Shown: piece by piece, positions 1-12,523 of the stretch
Layout of the letters: every line of letters begins with the position of its first letter
How positions within the stretch are numbered: the first letter of the stretch is position 1
Assembly: GCF_000143415.4 (NCBI RefSeq)
Contig: NW_003314321.1
Location: forward strand, 1-64,000
Direction of reading: 5' to 3'
Source of the DNA: Selaginella moellendorffii
Taxonomy: Eukaryota; Plantae; Lycopodiophyta
DNA: 64,000 nucleotides
The notes under the pieces: generated by a model
What the model was told of the DNA's origin: nothing
Seen by the model: the letters and a program-made list of their open reading frames with translations, nothing else
Databases searched by the model: none
Position numbers and translations under genes: made by a program

Positions 1-3000
1 TTTTTTGTTAGTATTTGGGTTTCACATTGGATTTTAAAGATGATTGAAGAAGAGTGTTAGTGCAATATGGATATTCAAATATGTGGTCTTCATGATCAAG
101 TTTTGGATGTTCATTTTGCATTTTGCGGATATTAGTGTTGGATGTTGGAAGTATGGGCAAAAAGATGTTCAAAGCTTAAGCATACTATGGGTCATGAGAA
201 TTGGTGTTGAGGTGAACCTATATGAAATTGTAGGTAGGAGGAAGTTGGTTGAGTCTTGAAAGTTTGTATTCCTAGACTGAGAGTCATTCTTTCTCTAGGA
301 TGGAAAATTTTTCCACAAATTTTTTTAAACTTTTCTAATGGCTAATATGTTGGTCACTTTGCTCGAAAACCATTCCATTTTTGTAAGCCAATACAAACTA
401 GTGAAGGGTTGGAGTTGACTTAGGTTAGCTTAGACCTTAGTAAGTAGTTTGTATGATGTAGTTTGAAAAGGATGCTAATTTTTGGGGCTAAGGCAATTGA
501 GTTAGATAGAGTTGGAGTTAGTGTAGAAAAGTGGCCATTACACTTTTCTAGAAAGGTGACATTTGTGCCTTTTTTTTATAGCGTTTTGTTTGGTGGCAGG
601 TTGCATCTTGCATTTTGTTATACTCTATGAGAGTAATGAGCTCTCATTGATCTTGACTTAGTCTTGGAGGTCTTGCGCCTTGGCTGAGGATAGTGATATC
701 CAACTTAGTTGTTTAAGGTTGAGATGTTAATACCTGTACTATAGCTTTGTTTATAAGGAGGTTGTGTACTGATATAAGTCTATCTCATGGTCTTTACTTT
801 AGTTTTGACTAAATGTTGATCATGCATAGCTAACCTCTTCAAAACATGTTCAGAGTTGTTGGCTAAATGCATTAGTGAGCTTATTGTGATTGAATTGGAT
901 TCAAGTGGTCATTTAGTTATGCTTGTTCATGAACCTTTATCTCGTACTTGAGGTATTATGTTCATGTTGGATGAGTATATAACATGGTGATATGAGTTTA
1001 GTGTTGAGTCTTGTGAAGGCAAGTTGAAGAGTGATTGTTAGTTGCTTTATGACTAGTGATTGCTTATAAACTTCGTTGAGGACTGTTTGACACTTGCTTC
1101 ACTCAATGATGATTTAGTAGTGATAGACTTGCTTTACTGGATGATGTTGCAGAGGATCGTGTCATTAGACTTATATGGGTTTTCCATGTTGGCATGTCAA
1201 TTCTTTTGTCGATATCATTTAGTTATGTTTAGTCTATGGTGTTGGATTTTATTGAGTTTTGGATGTAGTGAATCACTCTTTGATGAAGTGTTATTTGTAA
1301 ATGAGTATTGTTGAAGAATTGGTCTCGGATACTAAGTAAAGTATATTCGACTTTGGTTAGTTTAGTTGTTAGAGAGTTTTGGGTGGTGATTCACTCTTGC
1401 TTTTTTCTAACTTTGTTTTAGTGTTGATGGCTTATAAGTGATGCCTTGTTGTTAACAATATTAATGTTGAGATTCAAGTGAAATGAGATGTCTCTCTCTA
1501 GGATTGACATTGAGTTTCATTAGTCTTGATGAAGATAGTGTTGATGCTTGAGCTGTAGCTTTATGTTATTAGCATTCATGCATTTGCTAATTAGCAACTA
1601 TGTTGGTGTTCAAACAAATTGAGTGGCAAATTTAAGATAGTTGTGTTCCAGACAAAATTGTTTATTAGGGGTTGAGTTTTGGCTTTTCCTTGAAAAGTGA
1701 TATAGTCGTGGACTATGCTAGCCTTACAAAAGGAAGAGTTAATGATCAATATTGGAATGTTTGAATCCTTGTTGGATTTAAATTGGAATATATCAATTAT
1801 TGATAATTCTTCTTATGCTTGTTATGAAGTGACTTACATCTTGTTATAGATGGATTCATGGAAGATCATTTAGTGATGATCACTTGTTGAGTATAGCTCC
1901 ATTATATTTGGCTTTTGGATTGATGCAGATATACTCTTCATTAGCTTTAGCATTTTTTAAGTTTGGCTATGGATGTGTTGAGGAGAATATTGTCTTTAGC
2001 ATTAAAATTAGTTTATGCAAAACTTATGATCATTGTTAAGGCAATACTTGACTATAGGCTTTTTCAAACTTTTGGTTCTTTGAGTTTTATGCTCATTGTT
2101 CCATTTGTTAGAAGTTGTTGGGGAAAGCATTTTTGGCTCTTTAGCTTCGATGTTGAAATTGGCTTTTGCATTTAGCAATCATTGATGACGATTGACTATC
2201 ATCTAAGATAATTAATTATCCATGTCAAAAGGTTTTGCTTGATTGTTGTTGATATAGAATGATTCGTTATTTTTCAGGATGGTAGATTCCTTTTTTTGAC
2301 AATGACTATGCATATCTCTTTTTGATGGGATGATTAATGATCTTTTATGATGGTTAATTATTCTCTTTGATGGCTTATGCTTTTTCGCAATACCACATGT
2401 TCTTTGTGGTTTTCTCTGGATTAGTCTCTTGGGTTTGAGACATTGGTAGGATGTTGCTGACACTTGTTTAAGCAACTCTGGTTCCTTGGTATTGTTGACC
2501 AGGATCTATTTAAATTGGCTAGTGCAATAATTGGCATGAATTAGTGTTTGTTAGTTTTACCATATTCATTCTGTTATGTTGATTGTTGCTCGAGTTAGTT
2601 CTGATAAATTAGGATGTTATTTCCTTTGGGAGATACATTTGCGAGCATGTTGCTTGCCAGTCAACGATACTTAGTGTTCTTTGAGTTTCTTTGATAAGTT
2701 ATTGGGTATACTGTCTACAATTTTTGGTAGTTAAGTTTTCTCATTGAGTTTTTCTTGATGATACACTTGCTATTGAATTTTGTTGGATTGTGAATCCTGT
2801 GTTTAACAATTATGATGATCTTGGTGGTTCTTATATTATAATACTGGTTTATCAAATGATAACTTACTTAGAATACTTTTATGTTCTAATATAAGATTTA
2901 TTCACTGATAATTAAGTCTTTAAGATATCACTGTCTTTGACTTTGATATTGTCCATTTATTAATCTTTGAGTTTGGGCCAGTATAGGTAGATTGGCTTCG

Positions 3001-3498
3001 GCACTTTGTGTGTATAGTGAAATCTCTAGTCATAGGGTAACTACTATCGACTAGTCATATAACCGGCCTCTCTGTCAATGTTCCTTATTTCATTAAAAGG
3101 GCGTGATCATGTAAACAACTTTAACTCCCTGTTTACAGTAGTCTATCTAAACCTTACTAATGGGTTTGGTTTCTTTGTTCAGGAGGGTTAGGGCCTCTGG
3201 CTTCTCTCTTTATGTTTCTGCAGGTAGGGGTGTATCACACTTTTGTAAGCTGGGTGACACCTATAGCAGCAAGGGTGGCTGACTCCATTGGTCATTTCCT
3301 TGTCGGCGATGGTCGGAAGGTGTCTAGGCTAGTAGCGCATCCGCGTTAGACAAAGAGGTTGCCTCCTAACTCATTTAAGTTGGTGCATTTCTCACATAGT
3401 GTGATCACCATGAACTTTTTTTGGAGTTGTTTCCTTAGCGGTGGTCTAGACTTGAGTATGCATCGATGAGGACGTCGATCTTCCCTAGGGGGGGAGAG
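1..3498 (+). mobile_element. Highly degenerate Ty3/gypsy LTR-retrotransposon internal region (pol remnant) ending in a polypurine tract
   Basis: T-rich decayed sequence with no intact ORF; faint integrase-like remnant near 2100-2300; ends GAGGACGTCGATCTTCCCT-AGGGGGGGAGAG (PPT 3487-3498) directly followed by TG. Confidence 0.5.
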
Positions 3499-4096
3499 TG
3501 TCGTGAATGTGACTTCGGGTATTGAAAGTTACTTATCAGTCAGTTTTTATAGACACTCTTTCCTTACTGCCACGACGGTAGAAGGTCAATATTGCTAGTT
3601 CCCTTTATCAGCCCCTTTTGTTCAAGTGTTAGTAAATTGAGCTTAGCATCTATACTTAGCCAAATGGACATAAAGTAGGAATTCCTATGTGTTTCTAGCT
3701 CAGCATACTCGGCCTGGCTCTTAATTCTCTTTTGCTTTGTCTTGCACTAACTTGACAAAAACTCTCGTATATTGAGATTGGTCCCTCAATATCGCTGGAT
3801 GATAGTTTACCATGTCTGCTAAACACCCTCGCTATCATGCCTTTTGTGTTAGTCTCATTTCGGTCCTAAATGCTATTTATGGAAAGTGTCTAGATTCGCT
3901 CATTTAGCATATCTACGAAATGTAGAGTTTGTCCTAAACACAATGGTGTTCGTCTTGGGTTCCACACCATTATACTTTAGACATGTGGCATCTGTCATGT
4001 GGCACAATGAGGGTTTAGGTTTCGCTTCATGGTGTTATCCCATGGTAAATCACCATAGGATAAAGGTCAAAACCACATGCACTACACTAACAACCC
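3499..4096 (+). mobile_element. Probable 3' LTR (partial) of the upstream gypsy element, interrupted at 4097 by a TRIM
   Basis: Starts TGTCGTG immediately after the PPT; right boundary not resolved. Confidence 0.4.
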
Positions 4097-4676
4097 TATA
4101 AGCAACCAAAAGAAATGATTTGGGAGATGATCAATAGGGTTTAAATATAGAGCGAAAAGGCACATGAACAAAAATGCACCCCCTTTTCAATTGGTTAAGG
4201 GTTTGGGGATAGTTAGAGTCAAGCATCCTTAGGTTTGAATAATACTAAGCTAGATGACCTCCTGGGAAGTTCAAATTCAAGAGCTTACATTTGGTATTAG
4301 AGGGGTCTTGGGTCTGACTCTATTGGTTGGCTTAGGGGAATTATACCACATATTGATTGACATTTGGCAGGTTCAATTTGCTCCTGCTGGGCTCGACCCG
4401 AAAGGTAGGGTGTCAAGAGAATGGGGCTCTCAAAAGAGCTGTGGCTTTCAACTTCTATTCACGAGGGCGTGAATTTGCAAAAAAACATGATAAATTGTAA
4501 ACAATCAAAGGAAAAAATTTAAAAGACAATCCATGGGGTTCAATATAAAAGGAAAAGGCCCATAAACAAAAGTGCAATTGGTTAAGAGTCTTATGATAGT
4601 TGGGGTTAAGTGTCTTTGGGTTTAAATAATACTAAGATGGGTGACCTCCCAAGAAGTCCAAATTTATGAGCTTACA
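4097..4676 (+). mobile_element. Cassandra-like TRIM copy 1 (5S rRNA-derived segment in both LTRs)
   Basis: 5' LTR 4097-4289 (TATAAG..TTACA, TG decayed to TA); PBS TGGTATTAGAG (tRNA-Met-like) right after it; ~206 bp non-coding internal region; 3' LTR 4496-4676 (TGTAA..TTACA); TSD AACCC at 4092-4096 and 4677-4681. Confidence 0.88.
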
Positions 4677-5760
4677 AACCCTTACTGAGCTTAGGGGAAC
4701 CAACATCTTTATTTTTGCACTGAATCTACCAATCTACCAAGGGTCTTGGGATAGTTGGGGTTAAGCGTCTTTGGGTTTGAATAATATTGAGTTGGGTGAC
4801 CTCCCGGGAAGTTCAAATTCAAGAGCTTACAAACCCCTATTGAGCTTAAAAGAACCAACACCTTTATTTCCGCACTAAATCTACCAATCTACCAAGGGTC
4901 TTAGGATAGTTGGGGTTAAGCACCCCGGGAAATCCAAATTCAAGAGCTTACAAACCCCTATTGAGCTTAGGGGAACCAACATTTTTATTTCTACACTGAA
5001 TCTACTAATCTACTAAGGGTCTTGGGATAGTTGGGGTTAAATCTACTAATCTACCAAGGGTCTTGAGATAGTTAGGGTTAAATGTCCTTGGGTTTGAATA
5101 ATATTGAGTTGGGTGACTTCCCGAAAAGTCTAAATTCAAGAGCTTATAAACCCCTACTGAGCTTAGAGGAATCAACACCTTTATTTTCACACTGAATTTA
5201 CTAATCTACCAAGGGTCTTAGGATAATTGAGGTTAAGTGTTCTTGTGTTTGAATAATATTGAGTTGGGTGATCTCCCGAGAAGTTTAAATTCAAGAGTTT
5301 ACAAACCCCTATTGAGCTTAGGGGAACCAACACCTTTATTTCCGCACTAAATCTACTAATATACCAATCCTTTATTCAACACTTTTATTTCCGCACTAAA
5401 TCTACTAATATACCAATCCTTTATTCAACACCTTTATTTCCGCACTAAATCTACTAATATACCAATCCTTTATTCAACACCTTTATTTCCGCACTAAATC
5501 TACTAATATACCAATCCTTTATTTCCGCATTGAATCTACTAAATTCAGGAGCTTACAAACCTCTATTGAGCTTAGGGGAACCAACACCTTTATTCCACAT
5601 TAAATCTACCAATCTACCAATCTTTTATTTCCGCACTGAATCTACCAATTTACCAATTTTTCTATTGTGTAGATTAGCTCTTTATTTCCACACTGAATCT
5701 ACCAATCTACCAATCCTTTATTTCCGCACTGAATCTACCAATTTACCAATTTTTCCATTG
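4677..5760 (+). repeat. Tandem array of ~150 bp units (flanking DNA plus the 5S-containing LTR end) degrading into ~47 bp subrepeats
   Basis: Repeated AACCCCTATTGAGCTTAGGGGAACCAACACCTTTATTTCCGCACT...AAGGGTCTTGGGATAGTTGGGGTTAAG...GGGTGACCTCCCGGGAAGT...GAGCTTACA; CCTTTATTTCCGCACTAAATCTACTAATATACCAAT subrepeats at 5330-5530. Confidence 0.85.
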
Positions 5761-6849
5761 TGTAGATTACCTATTCCATGTGAGAAAATAAAGGATATAG
5801 TGGATACGTATGCCCAATACGTACAATTTCAAATTTAGAGGTAAGAATATATCTTGCTCAAAGGTATATTATATTTTTAAGTAGCTACTAATCAATAGGA
5901 ATCGAACCCATACCATTTACTCTAATACCACATATAGTACACCCTATTTCTCTCCTCTTAAACCAACTGAAAAAAAAAGCAATTGCTTAATGAAAGAGTC
6001 TTTAGTGAATATTTTATCCCTATTTATCCTCAAAAGTTTTAAGGATCTACAATGACAGTATATTTAAATCTCATCCCATGATCACATATGCTACAACTTA
6101 CAAATCCATCGATGCCTCCTCTTGATGTTCCTCTAGCCCGGCCCATCTACAAAAGAACTCTAATAGTCTTCCATTATTTCGAGAGGAGGAGATGATGTGA
6201 GGTCTAAGTATACAGCTATAATACTATATATTAATATTAATGTAGTGGGATTTTGGTAGTAATTAGATTGTTTTCAATCTGGACCATTTGCTTTTGTATA
6301 TAAGCTATGGTTTTTGGGCTAATTAATATACACATTTTTTGTATTCCCTTTTTTTATTCCATTCATAGCATCAATTATCAATTATATATAATAATTTTAA
6401 TTCAAAAAGTACAAAATAAAAATCTTATAGAAATTCTTCAAATATAACTGCCATTCAGGAAACTTTTAGTTCATGGGACTGTGACTGATCCTCTTAAATC
6501 ATATATTCGTTATATGATAGAAGCTTGTTAGATAGAAATAACACATCAATATTTAAATGATTTTAGAAATATATATACAAAATTTACAAGTGACCACAAA
6601 ATTTTCAGTCATATAATGGTAAGAAAAAGGTGAATCATGTAAATGTAATTTATAAATGGTAAGAAAACACCAAATCAATCTTAGTGAATTATGTAAAAAC
6701 TTACATTAATATAATAACTATTCCGAGTTGGCAATAGAATATGCCAAGCGGCAGTTCCTCCATGTACTCATGTGTAGGCGGAGATTGACATGAAAACGTG
6801 ACTTTGTACAGTGGTGGAAAATCTCTCCACTGCTTAGCATAAAGCTTTA

Positions 6850-8151
6850 ATGCATGGACTTGGGAAAGAGGGACTGCTCACACCTTCAAGAAGAGGAGTA
6901 CTTCATATGGAGAGGCCCTTTGCAAGATTTCTTGTTGTTTGTTGTTTGATCGTTGCTTTGTGGGTATCATGGAGTGTCATAAACGATGGAGCCGTCATAC
7001 AGCGCATGATACTCTTTAGCAGCCGTCCAGTTCTTCGCGTTTTCCCGCCCGCGAATTTCAAGCTTCCTCAAGGTCATCCCTGCAGATCTTTTCCAAATCC
7101 CTCTCCCCCCCCCTGCTGGCTTTGCAATTGCCCGGTATGCTACGTTCGAGTGGATCAGGCGCTGAAAGCGCTGCCCCCACAAGGGATCTTCCCAGAACTC
7201 GTTCTCTCCACGCTCACCTATCTCCACCGCGCAGGCTCGACAAACTCCACACCATTTGGCGGGAATTTCAGCCTGGAAGAGCGCGAGAGGTCCTTCAAGA
7301 TCAGAGAATCGATGGCGATTCCGTGTGGATTCGCCAGGGCCGGAATGGAGCCAGGGAGAGAGGGCTCCGGATTCGAGATCCAGGAGGAGGCCGACATGGA
7401 TTATCTCCGAGAATGCAGGGGAATCGTGGTCGCATCCGCGATCTTCGGCAACTATGACGTGCTCAAGCCTCCCGCGAACCTGAGCAGCACCAGCGCCAGG
7501 ACGGTTTGCTTCGCAATGTTCGTCGACGACGAGACGCTGGAATCTCTCCAGATGGAAGGAACTCCAGCCGGGGCGTGGAGAATCATCCTCGTACGAAGCG
7601 ACGCATACGAGGGAGACAACCGATCCAAGGGCGAGATTCCAAAGATGCTACTGCACAGGCTCGTCCCCAACGCGCGCTTCTCCATCTGGATCGACGCCAA
7701 GCTCCAGATGGTGGCGGATCCCATCCAGATCCTGGACAGGTTCCTGTGGAGGAGCGGCGACACCATGGCCATCTCCAACCATTTCGAGCGCGCGGACGCT
7801 TTCGAGGAGGCCGAGGCAACGATCCGGTACCGGAGGTACGAGAGCAAGGCCAAGATGGACGCGCAGATGGAGTTCTACCGTACGCACGATGGGCTCCTTC
7901 CGTATGACCGCGCCGCCAGGATGCCGCTGGTGAGCGATGTCCCGGACAGCTGCGCGGTGCTGAGGGAGCACACGCCGCTCACCAATCTCTTCTCGTGCCT
8001 GTGGTTCAACGAGCTCGACAGATTCACGCCGCGCGATCAGGTGAGCTTCGCGGTGGTGCGTGACAAGATCATCGCGCAGGTTCCATGGCGGATCAACATG
8101 TTTGAGGACTGCGAGAGGAGAAACTTTGTGTGGGAGACGCCGCACAAGTGA
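6850..8151 (+). CDS. DUF616 (MUCI70/TOD1-like) type II membrane glycosyltransferase, intronless
   Basis: 433 aa ORF; N-terminal TM; VVASAIFGNYD, PKMLLHRLVPNARFSIWIDAKL, LFSCLWFNELDRFTPRDQVSF motifs typical of DUF616. Confidence 0.85.
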   Translation: MHGLGKEGLLTPSRRGVLHMERPFARFLVVCCLIVALWVSWSVINDGAVIQRMILFSSRPVLRVFPPANFKLPQGHPCRSFPNPSPPPCWLCNCPVCYVRVDQALKALPPQGIFPELVLSTLTYLHRAGSTNSTPFGGNFSLEERERSFKIRESMAIPCGFARAGMEPGREGSGFEIQEEADMDYLRECRGIVVASAIFGNYDVLKPPANLSSTSARTVCFAMFVDDETLESLQMEGTPAGAWRIILVRSDAYEGDNRSKGEIPKMLLHRLVPNARFSIWIDAKLQMVADPIQILDRFLWRSGDTMAISNHFERADAFEEAEATIRYRRYESKAKMDAQMEFYRTHDGLLPYDRAARMPLVSDVPDSCAVLREHTPLTNLFSCLWFNELDRFTPRDQVSFAVVRDKIIAQVPWRINMFEDCERRNFVWETPHK

Positions 8152-8242
8152 CGTGAGAAGATCACGCACAAAGTTTGTCAATCCACATTCTCAACAGAAA
8201 AAAATGGCAGTGACTTTGAGCAGCGTTTTTCTTGCTTGATTG

Positions 8243-10022
8243 CTAGAGCTTGCTGGATGGTTTCTCCTCTGGCGTTTGGACGCTCGATCGATTTATATGA
8301 GCGAGTGTTGGGCAGCCAGCAATTACCATGGTGGTTCTCAGCTCGTCCTTGAGCATGTCTAGCACTTTCTTCACGCCTTGCTCGCCATCGATGGCCAGAC
8401 CGAACAGGACGGGCCTCCCAACCTGAGATAAATCACCACACCATGTCACAATTGCTCCTGAAAGCCACAAGAACACATGAAAACTTACGAAAACTCCACT
8501 AGCACCGAGAGCGAGCGCTTTGAAAACATCCGTGCCTCGTCTGATGCCTCCATCGACGAAGACAGGACACCGACCAGCGGCTGCTGCCACCACCTGTCAC
8601 TCCAAAAAAGTCTGTCAAGAGCAACCAAATTACGTAACAACTGTTTCTAGTGATTGCCACCTCTTCAAGCACAGAGATCGTTGCTGGGACGTGATCTAGC
8701 TGCCTGCCACCGTGGTTGGAAACAATGATCCCGTCGACACAGATGTCGATAGCCTTCAGAGCTGAAAACAAACAACACAAAGAAGATCAGTGAAACTCAT
8801 CGTGAACACAGAAAAGAGCCCGAGGCAAACTCAGTACCGTCTTCTTTGGTGAGTATCCCCTTGAGCAAGAATGGGAGTTTCGTTAGCTTCATGAAAGCTT
8901 GGACATCCTTCACAAAAATGTATCCATTACAATGTTAGATGGAAAACTGAATCCAATGAGTCACCTTCCAAGTGATGGATTTGTCTTTGTACTCGGATGC
9001 GACGGCGGCAAGAGAAGAGCCCGGTTCTGTTGGCTGCAAGAAGAAAACCAAAAGAAAAGGCTCGGAAATGCTGGAAAGTAAAGATATACCTGAGAATGTT
9101 GCTCGCCAATGTCGTCAATTAGCTTCATACTCACATCTGGTGGCAAAACTAGTCTGCTCCGACACTTAAAAATCACAAGCTGGCTTCTGTAACGCTTGTT
9201 TCGAGTTACCTGTTTCGTAAATCATCCTCTCTTCTTCCAAGAATTGGAGTATCAACGGTGAGAACAATGGCTTTGTAGCCAGCCTTCTCCGCTCGAGCAA
9301 CGAGCTCCATAGCTCTAACCTTGTTGAATATCTGGAACACAGAAGCTTTTAGAAACAGTGTGAGTTTTAAATCCAGAGAAGACGTACATACAACTGAAAG
9401 AATCGAATTCCAGGACCTGTGTCCGCGATCTCCTCAATGGTGTGACTTGAAGATGTCGATACAACCTTAGCAAAAAGAAGAAGAAGAAGAAGAAATGAGA
9501 AAACCTTTGAAAGTTATCTGCCAAAAAAATCTTGGCTCGAAGCGTGAAGCGTGATCGATCTCTTCACTCACCATGACAGTATTTGCGGCAGCAGTAGCTC
9601 TTGCAGTAGCTAATTCTCCTGAAAGTAGTAATATAGTAAAAACGCAGCGTAATATGGTAAAAGCACCGCGTAAAAACCTCGATGAATTTACCCTCGGGAT
9701 GCGCGAGCTTGTGCAATGCGGTCGGGGCGACCATGATCGGACAAGCAATCTCCAATCCGAGAACCGAGGTTGTGAGATCCGTGTGGCTGACATCCACAAG
9801 AACTTGCGGCCGGATCCTGGAGAAGCACGGGACTGATGAGAGCGCCAAGCCAATCCCCAAGAATCCCTCGTCGAAATCTTACCTGATCCTCGAGAAGGCG
9901 CTGCGATTCTCACGCAGCGTCCACTTGTCCTCGGCGCCGCCCGCGTAGAAATCGTAGTGCATCTTCGGCATCTTAACCCTAGCTAGATCTTCATACTCGT
10001 CCACATTCACAACGCGCGCCAT
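8243..10022 (-). CDS. Peroxisomal FMN-dependent (S)-2-hydroxy-acid oxidase, HAOX/GLO4-like, multi-exon
   Basis: [59 protein letters not shown]; C-terminal PTS1 SKL; YDFY/HKLAHP residues resemble the HAOX clade more than photorespiratory GOX. Confidence 0.9.
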
Positions 10023-10239
10023 CGCTGGGCGTGAGAGAGGAGGAACAATGCTCTCGAACAGCACGGAGGTAATATTCCTGGCATCTACCGGACATTAAAA
10101 TATTCCCTGGGAGCGCGCTTTCTTCTAGAGGGTTTTGAGCTAGGGTTCTTCGATCGCTGGGCTTGGCGCTGCTTCTCGGCAGCAATGCGCTAGCCCCGGA
10201 TCGGCTCTCCGGCGCATTGGATTCGCGATTTCGAGCACG

Positions 10240-12523
10240 ATGTGAGTGTAATCCGCGGCATTGCTGGGGATTGTGGTCTGATTTGTGTGTTTTCTCCAGG
10301 GTTGAGCTAAACGGAGGTCGATACATCGGCAAGCATGGCCTGGAAGCACTGCACAGATATAAGTACAGCGGCGTGGACAAATCTTACATGGCCAAGTACG
10401 TGTTCCAGCCCTTCTGGTCGCGATTTGTCAACTTGTTCCCACTCTGGATGCCGTGAGTTTTTCTCGCTTTGTTAACCTTTCTAGAGAAGAGTTTTTTATT
10501 CTGTTGTCCTTCTTTTTTGCACAGACCGAACATGGTTCGTGTTTTTTGGTTGATTTTCTTTCGTGGACGATTTATATGTAATGTGGACAGATTACCTTGT
10601 CTGGATTTCTTCTCGTGGTGGCATCGGCGTTCTTGAGCTATGTAAGTTCTCCACGTTTTTGTTTGAAGTTTTTGCGTTTTTGTTTAGATCTCTAATGGTT
10701 GTGCGTGCTGTGTTAAGGTGTACTCTCCTCACATGGACTCTCCCAGTCCCAAATGGGTGCACTTCCTCCATGGGCTGCTTTTGTTTCTTTACCAGGTGAG
10801 ATGTGAAAGAAAATTGAGTTTGCAACGAAAGGCTTTGCTTCTGCAGACGTTTGATGCGGTAGACGGTAAACAGGCGAGGCGAACCAATTCTTCCAGTCCT
10901 CTTGGAGAATTGTTTGACCATGGTATGCTGGAATTTATCTGTGCTGAAGTTTAATGACTAACACATTCTGCCAGGCTGCGATGCCCTCTCTTGTGCGGTA
11001 TGCCAACCTTTTTTGTATTAACCTGTCGATTCATATTGTTTTTCCTAGTTCGAAACGATGGCTTTCGGTGCTTCTGTTATGAGTGGATCGCATACTCTCT
11101 GGTTCTGGGCCATAGCAACTGTTCCTTTTTACATGGCTACCTGGGAGCAGTACGTTTCTGCTTTCTCTATTTAACAGCCGGTTTAATCTGAGTTACAGCT
11201 ACTTCACAAATACTTTGATTCTTCCTGAAGTCAATGGCCCCACTGAGGGTCTCATGTTGATCTATCTGATTCATTTTTTCACATCTCTTGTTGGTACGGG
11301 CCTTGCTATCTATGTCGTAAAATCTAATAGTATTTCTCATTTCAGGCCCTGTTTGGTGGCAGCACAACTTTAGAGAAGCCATACCGTTCCTGCGAGGTCT
11401 ACCGCTACTTCCTGGTTAGTTGATTTTCTGGTTTCTTGTCTTGTGAAACTAATGAATTGATTTCATTCTTAGACATGCCGGTGAACGTTTTTATCATATG
11501 GTTAATGCTACCAGTTGCTGTTTTGCCAACCATTCTGTCTAAGTAAGCATTTATTTGTTTATGAACAATCTCACTCATTTCCATCGTCTGACCTTCGTAG
11601 CGTGGTCAATGTCTACAAAGTTGTTCACGCGCGTAAAGGAAGCATGCTGCGAGCTTTGGCCATGGTAAGTCTGCGCCCTGGTTGTTTTGTAAGTCTATTA
11701 CTGACGTTGAGACTGTCCCTTTGCAGCTGGTGCCGTTCTTTGTGCTTCTTGGAAGCATTGTGATATGGTAAGCCAGTTTCGTTTTGTTTTTGTTTTTTCA
11801 CTACTGACAAGCTTGTATTAGGGGCTGGCTGTCACCTACTGATGTGCTTCGCACCCAGCCACATCTCATGCTATTGGGTTCGGGTTTTGCGTTCGGGTAC
11901 TTGGTGGTAAGCGATGCGCGAGCTTAATTCGTTGATCATCATTTTGTCTTTGTCTTCAAATTATGGCAGGGAAGGATGATCCTGTCGCATCTCTGTGATG
12001 AGCCCAAAGGACTAAAGACGGGCATGTGCCTGGTATGTATCTTGTGACTGCTTTCGGAGAAAATGATAACGTCTGCTGTTATTGTTGAGCAGTCGTTAGT
12101 TCTCCTGCCACTTGCCATCGCCAATGCGCTCTCATCTAAAGTCCTTGGAGGGTATGACGTTCATAAACTTGTTTTTTCTCTGGCCTGAGATTTCATTTTT
12201 GTCCAGGAAACCTTTATTCGACGAGTTCCTTTTGCTCCTTGTCTACTGTGCATACACAAGTGAGATGGCCTTTATCTCGCTCTGTTGATAGAACTTTTGT
12301 TGTTTTCTCTGCAGTGGCACTGTACATGCACTTTGCTGTTAGCGTCATACACGAGATCACGGGCTCGCTAGGCATCCACTGCTTCAGGTACGGGGTGCAG
12401 CTACTTCGTGAGCTTGTTTCTCTTTGCTTAGCGTGTGATGCGTGTGCGTGCGTCTTCTTTTCTCATCTTGGGACTCGTTTACGACTTAGTGCTCCACCTT
12501 GCAGAATTAAGCAAAAGAGATGA
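10240..12523 (+). CDS. AAPT1: Aminoalcoholphosphotransferase (choline/ethanolamine phosphotransferase), many small exons
   Basis: [34 protein letters not shown]; CDP-alcohol motif [26 protein letters not shown]; ends [13 protein letters not shown]. Confidence 0.92.

Noticed and set aside
44-2475. Short hydrophobic ORFs in the first 2.5 kb
   Set aside because: Chance ORFs in T-rich decayed retroelement DNA
4217-5290. True 5S rRNA genes or an rDNA array
   Set aside because: Only the ~56 nt internal promoter part matches; the 5' ~50 nt and the 3' end of 5S are missing, and the copies lie in LTRs or LTR-derived repeats
5330-5530. CRISPR-like repeat array
   Set aside because: Contiguous tandem repeats without unique spacers, no cas genes, eukaryotic context
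5896-5912. tRNA/SINE B-box-like GGGTTCGATTCCT on the minus strand
   Set aside because: No convincing A box or cloverleaf nearby
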